From Lama guanicoe (lineage: Eukaryota), in NCBI GenBank assembly GCA_013239625.1, contig MU053758.1, positions 3,705,490 through 3,769,489 on the forward strand: a DNA stretch of 64,000 bases, written 5' to 3'. Below the pieces are notes generated by a model, which was not told the DNA's origin, did not search any database, and worked only from the letters and a program-made list of their open reading frames with translations. Both the position numbers and the translations under genes were made by a program. Shown piece by piece: positions 40,555-54,570 of the stretch; the first letter of the stretch is position 1; every line of letters starts with the position of its first letter.

Positions 40555-43537
40555 GGCGAAGCAGGACGTGGACGACACTGGCCGGAGTTGCTGCGGTCGG
40601 CAGGAGGAGTGGCGAGGCCCTCACCTGGTGCCTTTTATGCCCTGGGCGGGCGGGAGAGGGGGAGGGGGATGGTGTCAGGCGGCTATCAGAGCGCCAGGAA
40701 TTTGCAAACTCCTGAGTGCAAATACAGGCACTCTCCCCATTGGTCAGGTCCTAGTTCTGCTTCCAACTCTCCCCTCCCAGAGGCCAGAGGCTCCTACCCT
40801 CCAGAGAGCTGCCCCACCCAAGCCCACTCCGAGCCCCAACCACACTCCCCCCGCACACTTCATTCCGATCTTGATCCTCACCCCCACTACATGTATGTTT
40901 AGACAATGCTCCCTGAAATTCACAAGCTGGTCTGTCTCCATTAAGATCACCCACAGTTTGAGACACCCCCCCAGTACAGTCTCTCTGAGAGTATATGCCT
41001 ACCTGTTCGTCCTCCCCCAGTGATCACTCACTCAGAGTCCCCCCCATCATATTCTGAGTCCTTTCCTTGTGATCAAAATTAACCCCCCAAGGTACATTCC
41101 CCTGATTCCTACACCCCACTCAGAATTACAGTCTCTCAGAACCTGTCCCTTGGAGATCACCCATACCCTGACTTCCCCAAAGTCCCCCAGATGACGAGCT
41201 CTGAGCTGCAACCTCCCAGGCCTCCTGAGACAAAGCTGCCCCACCCTGCTGTGGCCATACAAAGGTGACAGTAGGCTCCTGGGAACAGCTGTTGGGAGGG
41301 GTCCTGCAGTTGGACTGTAAAAGGCACCTTCAGGCCCCAAGTTCAAGCCTCACCTCCACCTGGGGGCTGACCCCCTACACAAGGATTCTCATCACCCATC
41401 CCCCGCACCAGGGCAACCCTAAACGCTGCAACCCAAAAAACATGCATTCAACCCAGACTAAGTGACATGCTTTAACTGAGTCATTATGAGGATCTGAGTA
41501 ACTCACTCGCCCAGGGGACTTTTACCACCTGCACTCAGAGACCAAATGGAATCCCTCCCTCCTTGTGGCATCTCGAAGGAGGGTGTCAGAGGCTGAATCC
41601 TCCTGTGCCTAATAGTCCAGTCCCAGCATGGGGATGAATGAATGGATTTCTGGGGTGGGCGTCCATGTGCAACGTTTTGGTAATAGAGGAAGGAGCCCCT
41701 CCTCTCCACACACAGCCCCTCCAGCCCACTCTTCATCCAGCTCAACAATTCCACCCACGTTTTTGGTTGCCTTGGAGACTCCTGCCCCCACCAGACACTG
41801 CAGGGCCCCGCAGCATCCTTACCCCAGTTCCTGTCCCCAAAGACCTCACTCCTCAGAATTGCCCCCATGGTTCCTTCCTGTCCTTACATCAGAGCAGCCA
41901 CCCAGTCTCAGGACAGAAGCCCTATGCCTTTTGACAGCATGTTAGGGAGATGAGCCAGTTACTCTCAGTTTTCCCCATGAAATCTCAGCCCTCCCCTCTG
42001 CATATGACCCCCTGGGTCACCGGTGGCTAAATGAAGGCTTGTCCTCAGCCTCTGAAACCAGTCCCCAATAAACTGTCTTCTAGCTACCTATTTAACCAGT
42101 AACAGGGGCAGGAAACCCCACCTACACAGCCCTAACCCACCAGGAACAGCCTGAGCCACTAGGAAGGCCAGTGTGAGGCTGTTTAAACCAGTGAAGTCAG
42201 ACCTGCAAGTGGGTTCTGGAACTCTTAGGGGGAGGAAGACTCAAGGCCCTGAAAGCAGGGTGTGGCTGGCCCTTCACAAAGGTTGTAGCCACCAGGGCTG
42301 GTCTGACATGAGTCACTCTTTGGCCCTGAGGAGGAGGCCTGCTCCTGGTGGGGGAAGGGGGAGATTGGCCAGATAGTTGCTACGCACCCCAAGCCCAGCT
42401 GGAAATCTCTGATTTCCTGGCCTGATAGGAGGGTTTGGGAAGGGACTTTGTATTAGGAAATAAAGAATAGGACCAACAGTTCTCCCCCTTAAGATTAAGG
42501 GATTGTGAGCTCCCTGAACTTCAGAGGAGCCTAGCGTCCCAGCCCCTACCCCAGAGCCTAATCATAAAAACAGTTGACTGCAGAGGAGTACAGTTTACAA
42601 AGCCTTTTCAGACCTCACTGGATCCTCATAGCAGCCCAGTGGAAATGGTATTCTTATCCCCATTTTACAGATAAGGAAACTGAGGCTTTGAGAGAGACAG
42701 TGACTTGCTGGAGGTTCACAGCCAAAAGGGTCAGATTCTGGCTCCCAGCCTCTTAACTCTTAGCCACGAGGGCCTGGGTTCCTGAGTGTAACAGAGGCTG
42801 TGATCTCTCTTCCAAGGACATCCCAGCTCCAAAACAACTCCTTCGGGTCTCTTTCCCCCAAATCCTAGGCTAACTCCAAAGGCAGTCAGCCCAGGCTGAA
42901 GTGCTGGCTGGGATCTAGAGGATCTCCTGCTCCCACTCGCTGGCCAAGACAGCGTCTAGCACCTTCCACCATGAGCTGTGTGGCTTTTAAACATTCTCTG
43001 GCACATCAAGAACTCAAGAGAACAGTTTGTAAAAGGCTGCCCTCCCCAGCGATGGAGCTGAGACACAAGCCACTGTTCCCATTCACTAAACAGACTGTCT
43101 GCAAGCAACATCCTTGATCGGCTTCTAATTGGTAAGGGCAGACTGAAGGAAGGAGCTGCCTTCCTAAGCCCTGGTCTCCAGGATGGGGGCCTGCGGTCTG
43201 CAGGGGAGGGGCACACGGGCTCAGGAGTGATGAGAAGGGAATGTTTGAGCATGAAGGGATTCCAGAGAGGAAACAGCTTATTTCTGCAGAGCCCAGGACC
43301 GGGAAAGGGGGTCCATTGTCAGCTAGGATCAGAAACACTGCTGTCCGCACTTACTTTTGGAGATGCGCAATGCGCCGTACCAAAGGCTCTGAAAACCTCA
43401 GTCCTTCGTTTATAAAACAGGGATGATGATGATGATGACGATAGTAATAATAACAACCTAGTTCATGGAATTGTTTCAATGGTTAGATAAATGCTAATTA
43501 GACAGATAGTAATATACTATTTAATGATAATATTACA

Positions 43538-43679
43538 GGGGAAGGATATAGCTCAGTGGTCGAGTGTGTACTTAGCATGCATGGGGTCCTGGACTCAATT
43601 CCCAGTACTTCCATTAAATAAATAAATAAACAAATAAATAAATCTAATTACTTCTCCCTCCAAAAATTTTTTTAAAACA
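43538..43679 (+). mobile_element. tRNA-derived SINE (camelid Vic-1-like) with 11-bp TSD
   Basis: A-box tagctcagtggt, degenerate B-box, (TAAA)n, ctaattac tail; ATAATATTACA at 43527-43537 and 43680-43690. Confidence 0.85.
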
Positions 43680-44199
43680 ATAATATTACATAATAATACT
43701 TATTATTATATCATTATATAATGTACTGTATTATCATTATATATCTATTATATCATTAGGTATTATTACTTAACTTTGCTTAATCAGCATTTCCCAAATA
43801 TACTGGACCATGGAATCTTTTGTCAGGTAAGGCCTATTAACAATCCATATATCACAGGAAAATCCGATCCAGTCCAAGGAAGCTCAAGGAGGTTAAGTGA
43901 CTCATCTGAAATCACATGGCTAACTTGTGCCCAGGTTCTGAGGCCAATCATTCTCTCTGTACCTCCCCCTGGACGTATCCTAGAAGCTTCTTACATTAGA
44001 GCAAGTGCAGATTGCAGTTCCCAGAGAGGAGAGATTAAAGGTGGGAGAGTTCTCATCATCCCTGCAGAAATGAAATAGTGGTTGGGGACCACTGGAAACA
44101 AGTGAGACACCTAGTACTTGGGAAGGACAAAATGATGTAATGATGATGACAATCATGGTGACAATAATAGTGATGGATGACGAAGATGATAATGGTGAC

Positions 44200-44410
44200 A
44201 GCCAGCATCTACTATATCAGCCACTATGTTAAACACCTTGTATACATTATCAACTAATCCTGTGACTTAAAGTATTATCATCCCCATCGTACAGATAAAA
44301 AAACTGAGGCTCAAAAAGGTTATTAACTTGACCAATGTCACACAAGGAAGTAGTGGACCCATGATTCAAGCCCAGATTTTTAACTCTCTAAAGCTACAGT
44401 CCCAACTACT
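44200..44410 (-). mobile_element. MIR SINE
   Basis: attatcatccccatcgtacagataaaaaaactgaggctcaaaaaggtta; boundaries approximate. Confidence 0.65.
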
Positions 44411-44700
44411 AACTTTGTTCCTCTAATGGGTTGAGAGTCAAGGTGACTTCTTCCACTGGCCTAGAAAAAAGATCGAGTTGGGAAAGTCATAGTATCACCT
44501 GCCAAGGTCCTAATTTGTTCTCTGTGCTTGGATGCACAGTTATTTATCTGGTCAGTTAGTGGGTCATACAGGCAAGACTCAGAGTTCAGCCTCAAAAATG
44601 GACTCGTGTACACAAACAGAGCAGAAGTCACAAGCTGGAGAAGAGACAGGTAAAAGGGTGCAAGACTTCATGATCTTGCTTGTTGCATAAATTGGTAACC

Positions 44701-45337
44701 CTGTATGACCCAGGAATCCCGCTCCTGGGCATAAATCCAGAAGGAACCCTACTTCAGGATGACACCTGCACCCCAGTGTTCATAGCAGCACTATTTACAA
44801 TAGCCAAGACATGGAGACAGTCTAAATGTCCATCAATGGATGACTGGATAAAGAAGATGTGGTACATTTATACAATGGGATACTACTCAGCCACAAAAAC
44901 CGACAACATATCACCATTTGCAGCAACATGGATGCTCTAAGTGAAGTAAGCCAGAAAGAGAAAGAAAAATACCACATGAGATCGCTCATATGTGGAATCT
45001 AAACAAAAACACAAAACAATGCATAAATACAAAACAGAAATAGATTCATAGACATAGAATACAAAGTTGTGGTTACCAAGGGGGTGGAGGGTGGGAAGGG
45101 GTAGACTGGGATTTCAAAATTGTAGAATAGATAAACAAAGATTATACTGTATAGCACAGGGAAATATATACAAGATCCTATGGTAGCTCATGGAGAAAAA
45201 AATTTGACAATATATATATATATGTTCATGTATAACTGAAAAATTGTGCTCAACACTGGAATTTGATACAACATTATAAAGTAATTATAAATCAATAAAA
45301 AACGTTAAAAAATAAAAAATTTAAAAATAAAAAAATA
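44701..45337 (+). mobile_element. 5'-truncated L1 with 14-bp TSD (1 mismatch)
   Basis: Encodes the ORF2 C-terminus YDPGIPLLGI...[16 protein letters not shown]...WIKKMWYIYTMGYY; A-tail; ATAAATTG(G/A)TAACC at 44687-44700 and 45338-45351. Confidence 0.9.
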
Positions 45338-45954
45338 ATAAATTGATAACCTTTACCTAAACACCATCTCCTTCCCAGGGTCATCAGGGCCATCAGCACG
45401 GATGTTCGGGCACTTTGTCTAACCACTCCTCCATTCAGCAAACATGTATCAAGTCCTACCCTCTATTTGCCAGACAAGATGCAAGAAGTAAACACAAGCT
45501 TCTCCTGCCTCTGAAAGGCTAACAATCTGACCAGGGATTATACAGACATTTATTTTGATGAAATGTCATAGATTGAATACCCACATTAATTTTTGCTCCT
45601 TCCTAAAACCCTATTAAGCAGAAAGTTAAGGAATATTTTAAAAGAATAAAAGAAAAGACAGCAGAAGATCAGAAATGTCCACAAAAATTTCAAAACTCAA
45701 AATGGTGACTAAAAGCAGACAAGAAGCTGAGACCTAGGGCTTGGGAGCAGAAGGAGGAGGCAGAGGAGGCGAGGGCCGGAAGTCCACAGAAGCAAACAGA
45801 TTCTCAACACAACACCCAGAAGTTCGGGGATTAGGGCACCAGGGACCCTGAAAGGAGAAGTAGAATATGGAACTGTGAGCAGGGCAGGCTGGACATTTCT
45901 ATAAACATCACCAGGTTGTCCTCCCAGATCTCCAGCCCAACCAAGGGCACCAGG

Positions 45955-46330
45955 AGAAGATGGGAGATTCACTCTTCCCCATTAGACTGGCAAAATTACA
46001 AAGTTTGATAATGTCAAGTGTTAGGGAAGCTGAGAAAAATAACTCCCTCAAACACATGAGTGGAGGGCAGGTTATAGCAACCACTTTGCAGGGCGATTTG
46101 GCAGAGTCTTCCATTAAAAAAATCCACACCCCCTGCAAGCCCCAGTTCCATTCTTCCGTATTGACCCAAAGAACCCTTTGTTCATCTATTCAGGGAGGCA
46201 TAAAAGATACTCTCTGAGGCATTGTTTGCAATAAAGGAAAGGTAGAAACAACCACGAGTAGCTAGCGGGACAGTCGAGTCAACTATGTAACATTCACATT
46301 ATGCGAGAAGCAATTAACAGAATGAGTAAT
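45955..46330 (+). mobile_element. Old, degenerate L1 ORF2-end fragment
   Basis: cccattagactggcaaaattacaaagtttgataat...accactttgcagggcgatttggca...gcattgtttgcaata. Confidence 0.55.
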
Positions 46331-46615
46331 GTCAATTGTTTAGTGACTTGAAAAACATTAAGAACCAGTTGTTGGGTAAAATAAAAGTGGTGGGAGAACA
46401 ATACATATGACATGATAAATTAATGCCGCCATATGCTTCAAAATGACTTATTTCCACAGGGACATATGAATATACATGTAAACACATAAATAAGGAAGGA
46501 AACACACCAGACTGACAGCAAGGAATTCCTTGGAGAAAAGCTGTTGGAAGGATAGTAGTCAGGGGAACCCAAGCTCCTTCTCTGCTATTCTCATTCTTAC
46601 GAGAATGTATTTATG

Positions 46616-46916
46616 CAAACTATGGTTACCAAAGGGGAAAGGGGTGGGAGATGAGGGATAAATCAGGAGTTTTGGATTAACATATATTAACACTACTGTA
46701 TATAAAATAGATAAACAACAAGGTCCTACTGTAGAGCACAATATCTTGATATTCAATATTCAATATCTTGTAATAACCTATAATGGAAAATAATCTGAAA
46801 AAGAATATATGTATATATGTATAGTTTTAACTGAATCACTTTGCTGTACACCTGAAACTAACACAGCATTGTAAATCAACTATATTTCACTTTTAAAAAC
46901 TCTAAAATTTTTTTAA
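46616..46916 (+). mobile_element. L1 3' end with perfect 14-bp TSD
   Basis: AGAATGTATTTATG at 46602-46615 and 46917-46930; body homologous to 24330-24600. Confidence 0.9.
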
Positions 46917-49900
46917 AGAATGTATTTATGTGTTACCAGTTAATTAAAAATTATTCATTGCTAATTAAAAATAATGTCTTAGAAAACACTAGATGATGGA
47001 CATTTAGAATTGGCCATATTTAATGTAGTAAATCCCTCTTCCCCTCCCTCAGCACACACCCCAGACCTCTTTGCCCCCACTCATACTCACTGACACTCTA
47101 GTCTTGAGTTAGAAAAGTAGTGACAGATGTGCGGAGAAGAGAGGCCCCCCACTAAAGGTTTCTAGGCTCCTGTCCCCACTCCTGGGTCCTTTACTCTGAT
47201 TTTCCCTCTTTATGAAGCAAGAGGGTGAGAAGGGAAGAGAAGGTGGCTGAACTTTCAAGAGGAACTTTCAAAGGGAAGAATCTGGGTTCAAGAGGGCTCC
47301 TTCAGTTTGGATGACTTGGACCTGGTGGGGGCAGGCCTTGCCAGCTTGGGCTCCCCAAGGATCAGGAACTTTAGGAACATCCGATGTCACCCTCTGGCAG
47401 GGACCTGGGCATTCGCACGACAGGCAGCCAGGGCCTCCCCGGGTAGTGCACGTGGACCAGAGTGGCTAGAGCTGGAGTGACCCTGCCTGAGCCTGCAACC
47501 GGCAGCCATCTTGAGAGCACGTGGGAGGCATTTAGGGGGAGGCTTTCTGAGACAGCTGGGGGTGTTCTAGGGGTGCTGGAGCAAGTAGCCACTACGTGTG
47601 CCACCATCCTAGAACTACTGAGCCAGTAGGCATATGAGGCTCAAACAAATCAGTGTAATTCTATAATCAGGTGTGTAGGAGCAGGTGGGGGCAGAGGGAA
47701 GGAGCATCATTTCTGCCTGGGGGCATGTTTCACATCTCTCCATCCTTGAGCAAGAGGCTGAAAGACCTGTTGGTGTTTATCAGGCAGGAGGTCCTGGAAG
47801 AGTGGGATCTCTGGGGCCAACCCGGGGGCCATTGGTCATTCAGTTTGGTTGGGAGCATGGAGGGGAGGGGTCAGGGAGGAGGTCAACAGGGGGCTGTAAG
47901 CTCAGAGAAGGAGTTGAAGACTGGAAAGTCATGTGGTGTGGGCAAATTCATATTTTAGAAATTGCCGTGGGTTCCATGTGTTGATTGCGTTGGCAGGATG
48001 AGCGAGGCACGGCCAGGTGGAGGGCGACCAGGTTAGGGTTGTTGAAATAATTCCTGTTAGAGACTAAAAGGGCCTGAACTTCATCCTAGTAGCGATGATG
48101 GAGAATGAAGGATGGAGACAAGAAATGACTGGCCACGCCATGAGCAGCTCAAGACGTTGCTCAGGTCAGGTGGGTGGTGACGTCACAGGGACCAGAGGCC
48201 AGCAGCAGGAGCTCCCCCCAGCCCACATCCGGCCCCCTCTGTCATTCATCCCTTTCACTTCCCACAAATGGGAACCCAGGGAAAGTGGGACAGGGCAGGT
48301 GGGGTCATGATGGCCCCTGGCATTCCTCTAGGAGTCCCCAAGGGAGGAAAAACCAGCCTGACCGGAACTAGAGCCAAGGGTGGGGGAGGGGAGGGAGTGC
48401 TGGGTCCTAGGGAACTGCCCCTGGTCCGGGCCAGTGGGGGAGGGAGAGGGTCAGCTTCCCCCTAGGTGCCACATTCCACACCCTGGGAGAGGGGAGTGAC
48501 CTCTCCCTGCCCCGCCCCTCCCACGGAGCTGAGTTTACCGTGACCAGGCTCAGGCTCCTCTCCAAACAGGGAGGGGGCCGTCACTTAGCCAGGGGTTCCT
48601 CTCTTTGCCTCTCTGCCTTGACCTTGGGCTACTTCAGCCCCATTTGGAGTCCAGCGCCAAACCACAGCCACTACCACCTGGGCTGGAGCATGGGAAGGAT
48701 CGATTGAGAACAGAGAGAAAGAACATTGTCCCATGCCCACCCTGATTTCCTAGAGCCCAGCGCGGTCCCCTGGGCGATATTCTGCTCCCTTCCCTGCTAA
48801 CTTCCCTCCCACCAGGATGGTAGAAAGATGCTAGGATTTGAAATTCTTTCCATTTCAAAACTCATCTGATCCTGTGAGTCCTTGGGCGAACTCTGCAGAG
48901 CCCTTGCAGACCTCCCCACAGCAAGGTTTCTGTCTGGGAACTGAAATTGTCTTCCTGAAAATCAGGTGTGACTCCTGAACACCAGCTATCTCGGCATTTT
49001 CACTGCTGAAGACCTACTACGCACCAGAGGCTGATCGGTGGCCAGGACGGCCATGTCCCTGCCCTCCCGGAGGGGAGCAGACCCTTCCTCATGCCTGGAA
49101 CATCCTCCCTCCTCACCTGCCTTCTCCCTTTATCTGGATGCCAGTAACTCTGGTTCCTTTCAGTGCTCAGCTTGGGCATCACCTCCTCCAGGAGGTCTGC
49201 CTGATCCACTCAGGCTGGGCCAGTTTTTCCTTCCGCCATCCCTAGCCCCCCAGACTCGCCCCATTATATTCCCCAGCTCTATCTCCCCAGCTGGGCTTGG
49301 AGCTACACTAAGCACCTAGCTCCAGGTTGACGTCAGCACTAGTAAATGCTTAATGATTATTTGCTGGAAAAGACAAAGAAAAGAAGGAAGTCTCTCTTTT
49401 TTTAATTCAACCAACCATTGTGGACCACCTGTGCCAGTCACCTTCTGGACTTTGGGCTTGTAGAACAAAATGGGTAAACACTCCCTGCCCTCCTGAGCTT
49501 TCGTTCTGGGTGGGGCAGGTCCAGTGATTCTAGGAGCTGAGGGGCCCATGGGGAGGAGCACAGCAGGAGAAGGGGAAGAGTGATGGGGGAAAGGCCAAGG
49601 AAAGAGGTGGTGTGTGGACAGAGAGCTGAGTGAGGCCAAGGAGCTCCCAGATCCCGGGGGGAGGGCTCAGCAGAGGCAGACTCCCCAAGGAAGAATGGGG
49701 TCAGGGTGTCCTAGGAACCCCAGCAGCCCCAGGAGCTGAGAAGAGTGTGCCAGGGGCAGGCGTGCAGGAGGGGAGGCCCAGAGGAGGCCAGAGCACACGG
49801 GTCTGCAGTCTTATTAGAGAGCTAAATTTTATTCTGACAGTAAGAGGGCTTTGATCAGAGAAGCCTTGGGATCCCTCTGGCTGCTCTCCAGATCACAGAC

Positions 49901-50962
49901 CAGGAGCAAAGGAAGAAGCAGAGTCTCTTACAAAGTCCAGGCAAGAGAAGCTGGGGGCTGGGGCTCAGGAGATATGACAGGTCGGTGAGAAGTGGGCTGA
50001 TGTGGGGCGTATCCTGCAGGCAGAGTCAAACAGGTCCAGCTGTTGGGTTCCTGGGAGCACGAGGGAAGGAGAGGAATCTAGGATGATTCCTAGCTTGGGG
50101 CCTAAGCCTGGGATCTGCCCTGCAGCCAGAGGACTGGTCTGGAGCCGAGGCTGATCCAATCTCCCTCCAGAAGGACAGTGGTCACCCCAGATCTGCTCGG
50201 GAAGAAGTCCTGGCTGAATTAGCTTCTAATTAGGCTCTACTCACCAAGCACTCACAGTGCCTGTGTCTGCCAGCACTGATGCCCATTGAGGGCTTGGGGG
50301 GAAACCAAGACTGTGTCCACACAGGCCCCACCCCACGTTGCCCACCGTCAGGGCCAAGAGTAGGGAGGTGACTTTCCACCAGAACCTGTATTTTCCAGAA
50401 TTTCAACAGAGCAGCAAGGAAGGTGTGTCACTTCTATAATCTGGGACAAAGGATGTTTATACATTTTCAATTCTGACTTCCCTCAGGCTCCACTGGCCTC
50501 AAGCTGGCAAGTTGGGCCCAGGAGACTAGGGGAGGGGTGGTCAAGTTAGCTGAGTTCCTGGAAAAACTTCTTCCCCAGGGAGGAAGGTAGGTGGAGGGGT
50601 TTGTGGCCGGCAAGGGGGTACATTCTTGAGAGCAGCTGGAATTCAGAGCAGCTCTGAAGACTGAATACTGAACCCTGACCCCTCCTGGCCCCTCCTGGCT
50701 CCTCTTGGCTCTTCCAGTACCCTCCTGGCTCCAGCCAGCTGCAGGATAAACACTCATTAAGCAGAAACCGCAAAGAATCCTGTGGCAAGGTGGGCTGCAA
50801 GAAGCTGGGAACGCCAGGGCTGCCCTTGTGTCTGGGGTCTGATGAGGGAGATGCCCTTTGCCCAGAGAAAGAACAGGCCCCACCCTCTGCCAGGGGCCTG
50901 GTATCCAAGGGGCATTTTGATCAATGAACAATCAATTGGGAGGGAAAACACACCCCACTCCA

Positions 50963-51010
50963 GGCACGCGCTCGCGCGCGCGCACACACAAACACACACA
51001 CACTCACACA
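50963..51010. repeat. (CG)n(CA)n compound microsatellite
   Basis: gcacgcgctcgcgcgcgcgcacacacaaacacacacacactcacaca. Confidence 0.85.
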
Positions 51011-52962
51011 GACCCCATTAACAGAGGGCAAAATCTCATTGGCTCCCTTGGGCACCTCACTGCCATTCTGGGCAGGACCTATGGGGCGCCAGCCCCAACC
51101 CTCACCAGGGTGCCCCAAGCACCAGCCTGAGGCCTCCCAGCCCTGCCAACACCTAGGAAGGGTGGGAAATCAGCCCTGGAGCCACAGAGCCAGGAAGCCC
51201 TCTGGCCCCACCTCCCTCCCCCAACCCCCTGGCCCCTCCAGTGGAATGTGCTAGGGATTGGAAGGGGGAGGGCACTCCGTCGTCTTCGGACCTTATCTGG
51301 GATTAGGGCCGGGGCCTGTGGAGACCAGAACACCCACCAAAGACATCAGTCCTAGCTCAGTAAACACAGAGATAGCCTCCCAGCACACAGAAACCAAATA
51401 AACACCTTCAGGCAGAGAGATCTGTATCTGGGGTTTAAGGAGGAAGGGCTTGAGCTGAGGGAGGAGGGGGAGGAGACTGGAACCCGGAACTTGGCATTCC
51501 TAGCAGGCCCATTTTACGTTGTCCTTATCCTCATCTTGATCACTAAGAAACAGATGAAACCTCTGCTACAAGCCTAGTGAGATGAATCAGGTTCTGAAAC
51601 TCCGGCACCACTGGGATGCGGGTGCAGAAAGCTCCTCGCCCCAGCGTGTCTCAAGTCTGACTTAAGGAGCCCTCAGCAGAAGTGTCAGCGGAGCAAACCA
51701 GCTGCTGACCACACACTTACTTACACACTCACATACTCACACATTCACACACACTCCTCCACTCAGAGCACCTCTGTTCTTCCTGGTTTCACATCCCTAG
51801 CTTCCTGTAAGATTTTTGCTTGAGCAGAGGGTTTCCCTCTTCTACAGCTGAATATCTGGCGCTTTTGCCCAACCCCGTCAGTCTGTGGATGGGGAGACTG
51901 AGACCAGAGTGGACTTAGCCTGCCTGAGGTCACACAGGTGGTTTCCTGCTAAACGGAGCCCAGCAGGCAGGTGCCCTGGATCCAGGCCGTCTGCCCCGGG
52001 GGAAGAGCTGAGCGCCCGGAAGACAAAGGGGTAAACAGTGCAGACTCCTGACAAGAACAGGTGGCCGGCCAGGGGCAGAGGAGGGATGCAGATGCGGTCC
52101 GGACTGAAGGCTGCTGGAGGTCAGGGAAAGAGAGCAGCCTGGGATTAGCAGGGAGGGCCTCCTGGAGGAGGAGGTTTGAGCAGAGCCCAGGGTGAGCTGC
52201 AGTAAGTGGTGAGCCGAGTGAGGACACCCGGGTGGCAGATGGGTAGAAAGTTCCAGAAAGGATCCTCTAAGGGTTAGCCCAAATGTATGAGTCCTTACTA
52301 CAGGCCTGACTCTGTTCAAGGGTGTGTGTGACTGGTTTAAATCATCAAAGCTCCCCTATGCTGAAGCTAGGTTGCAAATAGCTATGGCCCCATTTTACCA
52401 ACAAAGAAACTGAGGGTGACTTGCTTAAGTTTAGAGTTTGGGGAAGTGGCAGAGCCAAGATTTGAACCCAAGAGGTCTGGCCCTGTGCCTCGTGGTCTCA
52501 CCTCTGTGCCAAAGGAGAATCGAGAGGCTGCAGTGCTGGCTAGACTCAGACAAGGAAGGCCACTGCAGGCCAGGCTGTGGATGTGACTTTTCATTTTTCC
52601 TGAAGACAACAACAATGGTTTTTGAGCCAGGAGATGACACAAGAAAATGTCAGATGAATCAGACAGCCAGGAGCAGGGTGCCCTGAAGCCTGGAACACAG
52701 GGCTGTCATCCCAGGTGGGTGTCCCAGCACGTCCTTCATTCCTTCCCTCTGCCGCCCCCATATCCTAGCCTTATCGTTTAAGTCCAAACAATGGCAGTAC
52801 CACCCTCAGAGCTGACCTCCGGTGCCTCTCCCCAGCACCAGGCTCATCCGTCTCAAGCCAGCTTTGATCAAGTCACTCTTGCTCACAAATCTTCCGCTGC
52901 AGCCTGTTCCCAAATCAAAGCGGCGTGTGGTCCTTGGACCCCCTGGGAAGCATCACCTGGGA

Positions 52963-53893
52963 TATACCACATCTTCTTTATCCAGTCATCTGTTGGTGGA
53001 CACTTAGGTCGCTTCCATGACTTGGCTATTGTTATAGTGCTGCTATGAACACTGGGGTACGTGTATTTTTTCAATATACGCCCAGGAGTGGGACTGCTGG
53101 ATCCCATGGTAACTCTATTTTTAGTTTTTTAAGGAGCCTCCATACGGTTTTCCATAGTGGCTGCACCAATTTTCATTCTTACCAACAATGTAAGAGGGTT
53201 CCCTTTTCTCCACATCCTCTCCAGTGCTTATTACTTGTGGACTTTTTGATGATGGCCATTCTGACCAGAGTGAGGTGATACCTCACTGTAGTTTTGATTT
53301 GTACTTCTCTAATAATTAGTGATGTGATCTTTTCATGTACCTGTTGGCCATTGTATGTTTTCTTTGGAGAAATGTCTATTTAGGTCTTCTGCCCATTTTT
53401 CGATTGGGTTGTTTTGGTTTTTTGTATTTTGTTTTTGATATTGAGTTGTATGAACTGTTTGTATATTTTGGAAATTAAGCTCTTGTCAGTCACATCGTTT
53501 GCAAATATTTTCTCTCAGTCCATGGGTTGTCTTTTCATTTTGTTTACAGTTTCCTTTGTTGTGCAAAAGCGTACGTGTTTGATTAGGTCCCATTTGTTTA
53601 TTTTTGCTTTTATCTCTGTTGCCTTGGGAGATTGATCTAAGAAAACATTGCCACGATTTGTTTCAGAGAATGTTTTGCCTATGTTCTCTTCTGGAAGTTT
53701 TATGGTACCATGTCTTACATTTAGGTCTTTAAACCATTTTGAATTTATTTTTGCATATGATGTGAGGGAGTGTTCTAACTTCATTATTTACATGAGGCTG
53801 TCCAGCTTTCCCGACACTGCTTGTTGAAGAGACTGTCTTTTCTCCATTGTATGTTCTTGCCTCCTTTGTCAAAGATTAATTGACCATAAGTGG
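52963..53893 (-). mobile_element. L1 ORF2 3' fragment, frameshifted
   Basis: Translations [47 protein letters not shown] and DWIKKMWYI are L1 ORF2 motifs. Confidence 0.92.
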
Positions 53894-54189
53894 GTAGGTG
53901 AAAGTTCACTACTAAAGCATCCTTGAAAAGACAGACCAGAACAAAAGCTGTCAGTGCCTCTGGCTGCAAGATGAACAGAAAGACAAGACAGCCATGGAAA
54001 ACTTTCTCCCAACACTCATGGAAATATCAACATTCCTCTGGCATGGAGGTTATAATCAGATCTTGCGAGTGAAAGTTCCCGGGAATCTGAGGGATAATTA
54101 CAGAGGAGATAAAACAAGTAGGCAAAATAACTAGAGCCGAAGGTGGAAAGTGATAAGCAGGAAGCCTTTCACTACAGAACTTGTGTGAA

Positions 54190-54570
54190 CAACAAACAAC
54201 GAAAGGGAAATTTTTGCAACCCATATTGTGGACCTACGGCCAGTCGCCTTAAGACATTTAACAAGTTCCTCCGAATGACCAAATAAGAGACCAACAACCC
54301 ACGAGGGGAAAAAAAGCAAAGAATATGAACAAATAGTTTCCTGAAAGGATATACACATTGCGGCTAGACATATGAAAATATTCAACCTCACTCGTAATAA
54401 GAGAAATGCGAATTTAGACTACGATGATTTCTCATTGTATACGTGTCAGGTCGGTGAAGGTGAAAAGGGTTGGTAACTATCAGTTGGGAATAAGGGGAAC
54501 AAGACATTGTTAGTAGTGGTAAAAATCAGTATAAACCCTATGAACAGTGATTTCCAACTTCCGTCAAAAT
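54190..54570 (+). mobile_element. Old L1 ORF2 relic
   Basis: gacatatgaaaatattcaacctcactcgtaataagagaaatgcgaatttagactac is L1-like. Confidence 0.55.

Noticed and set aside
43538..43612. tRNA genes
   Set aside because: The tRNA-like heads continue into SINE bodies with A-rich tails and TSDs, so these are SINEs.
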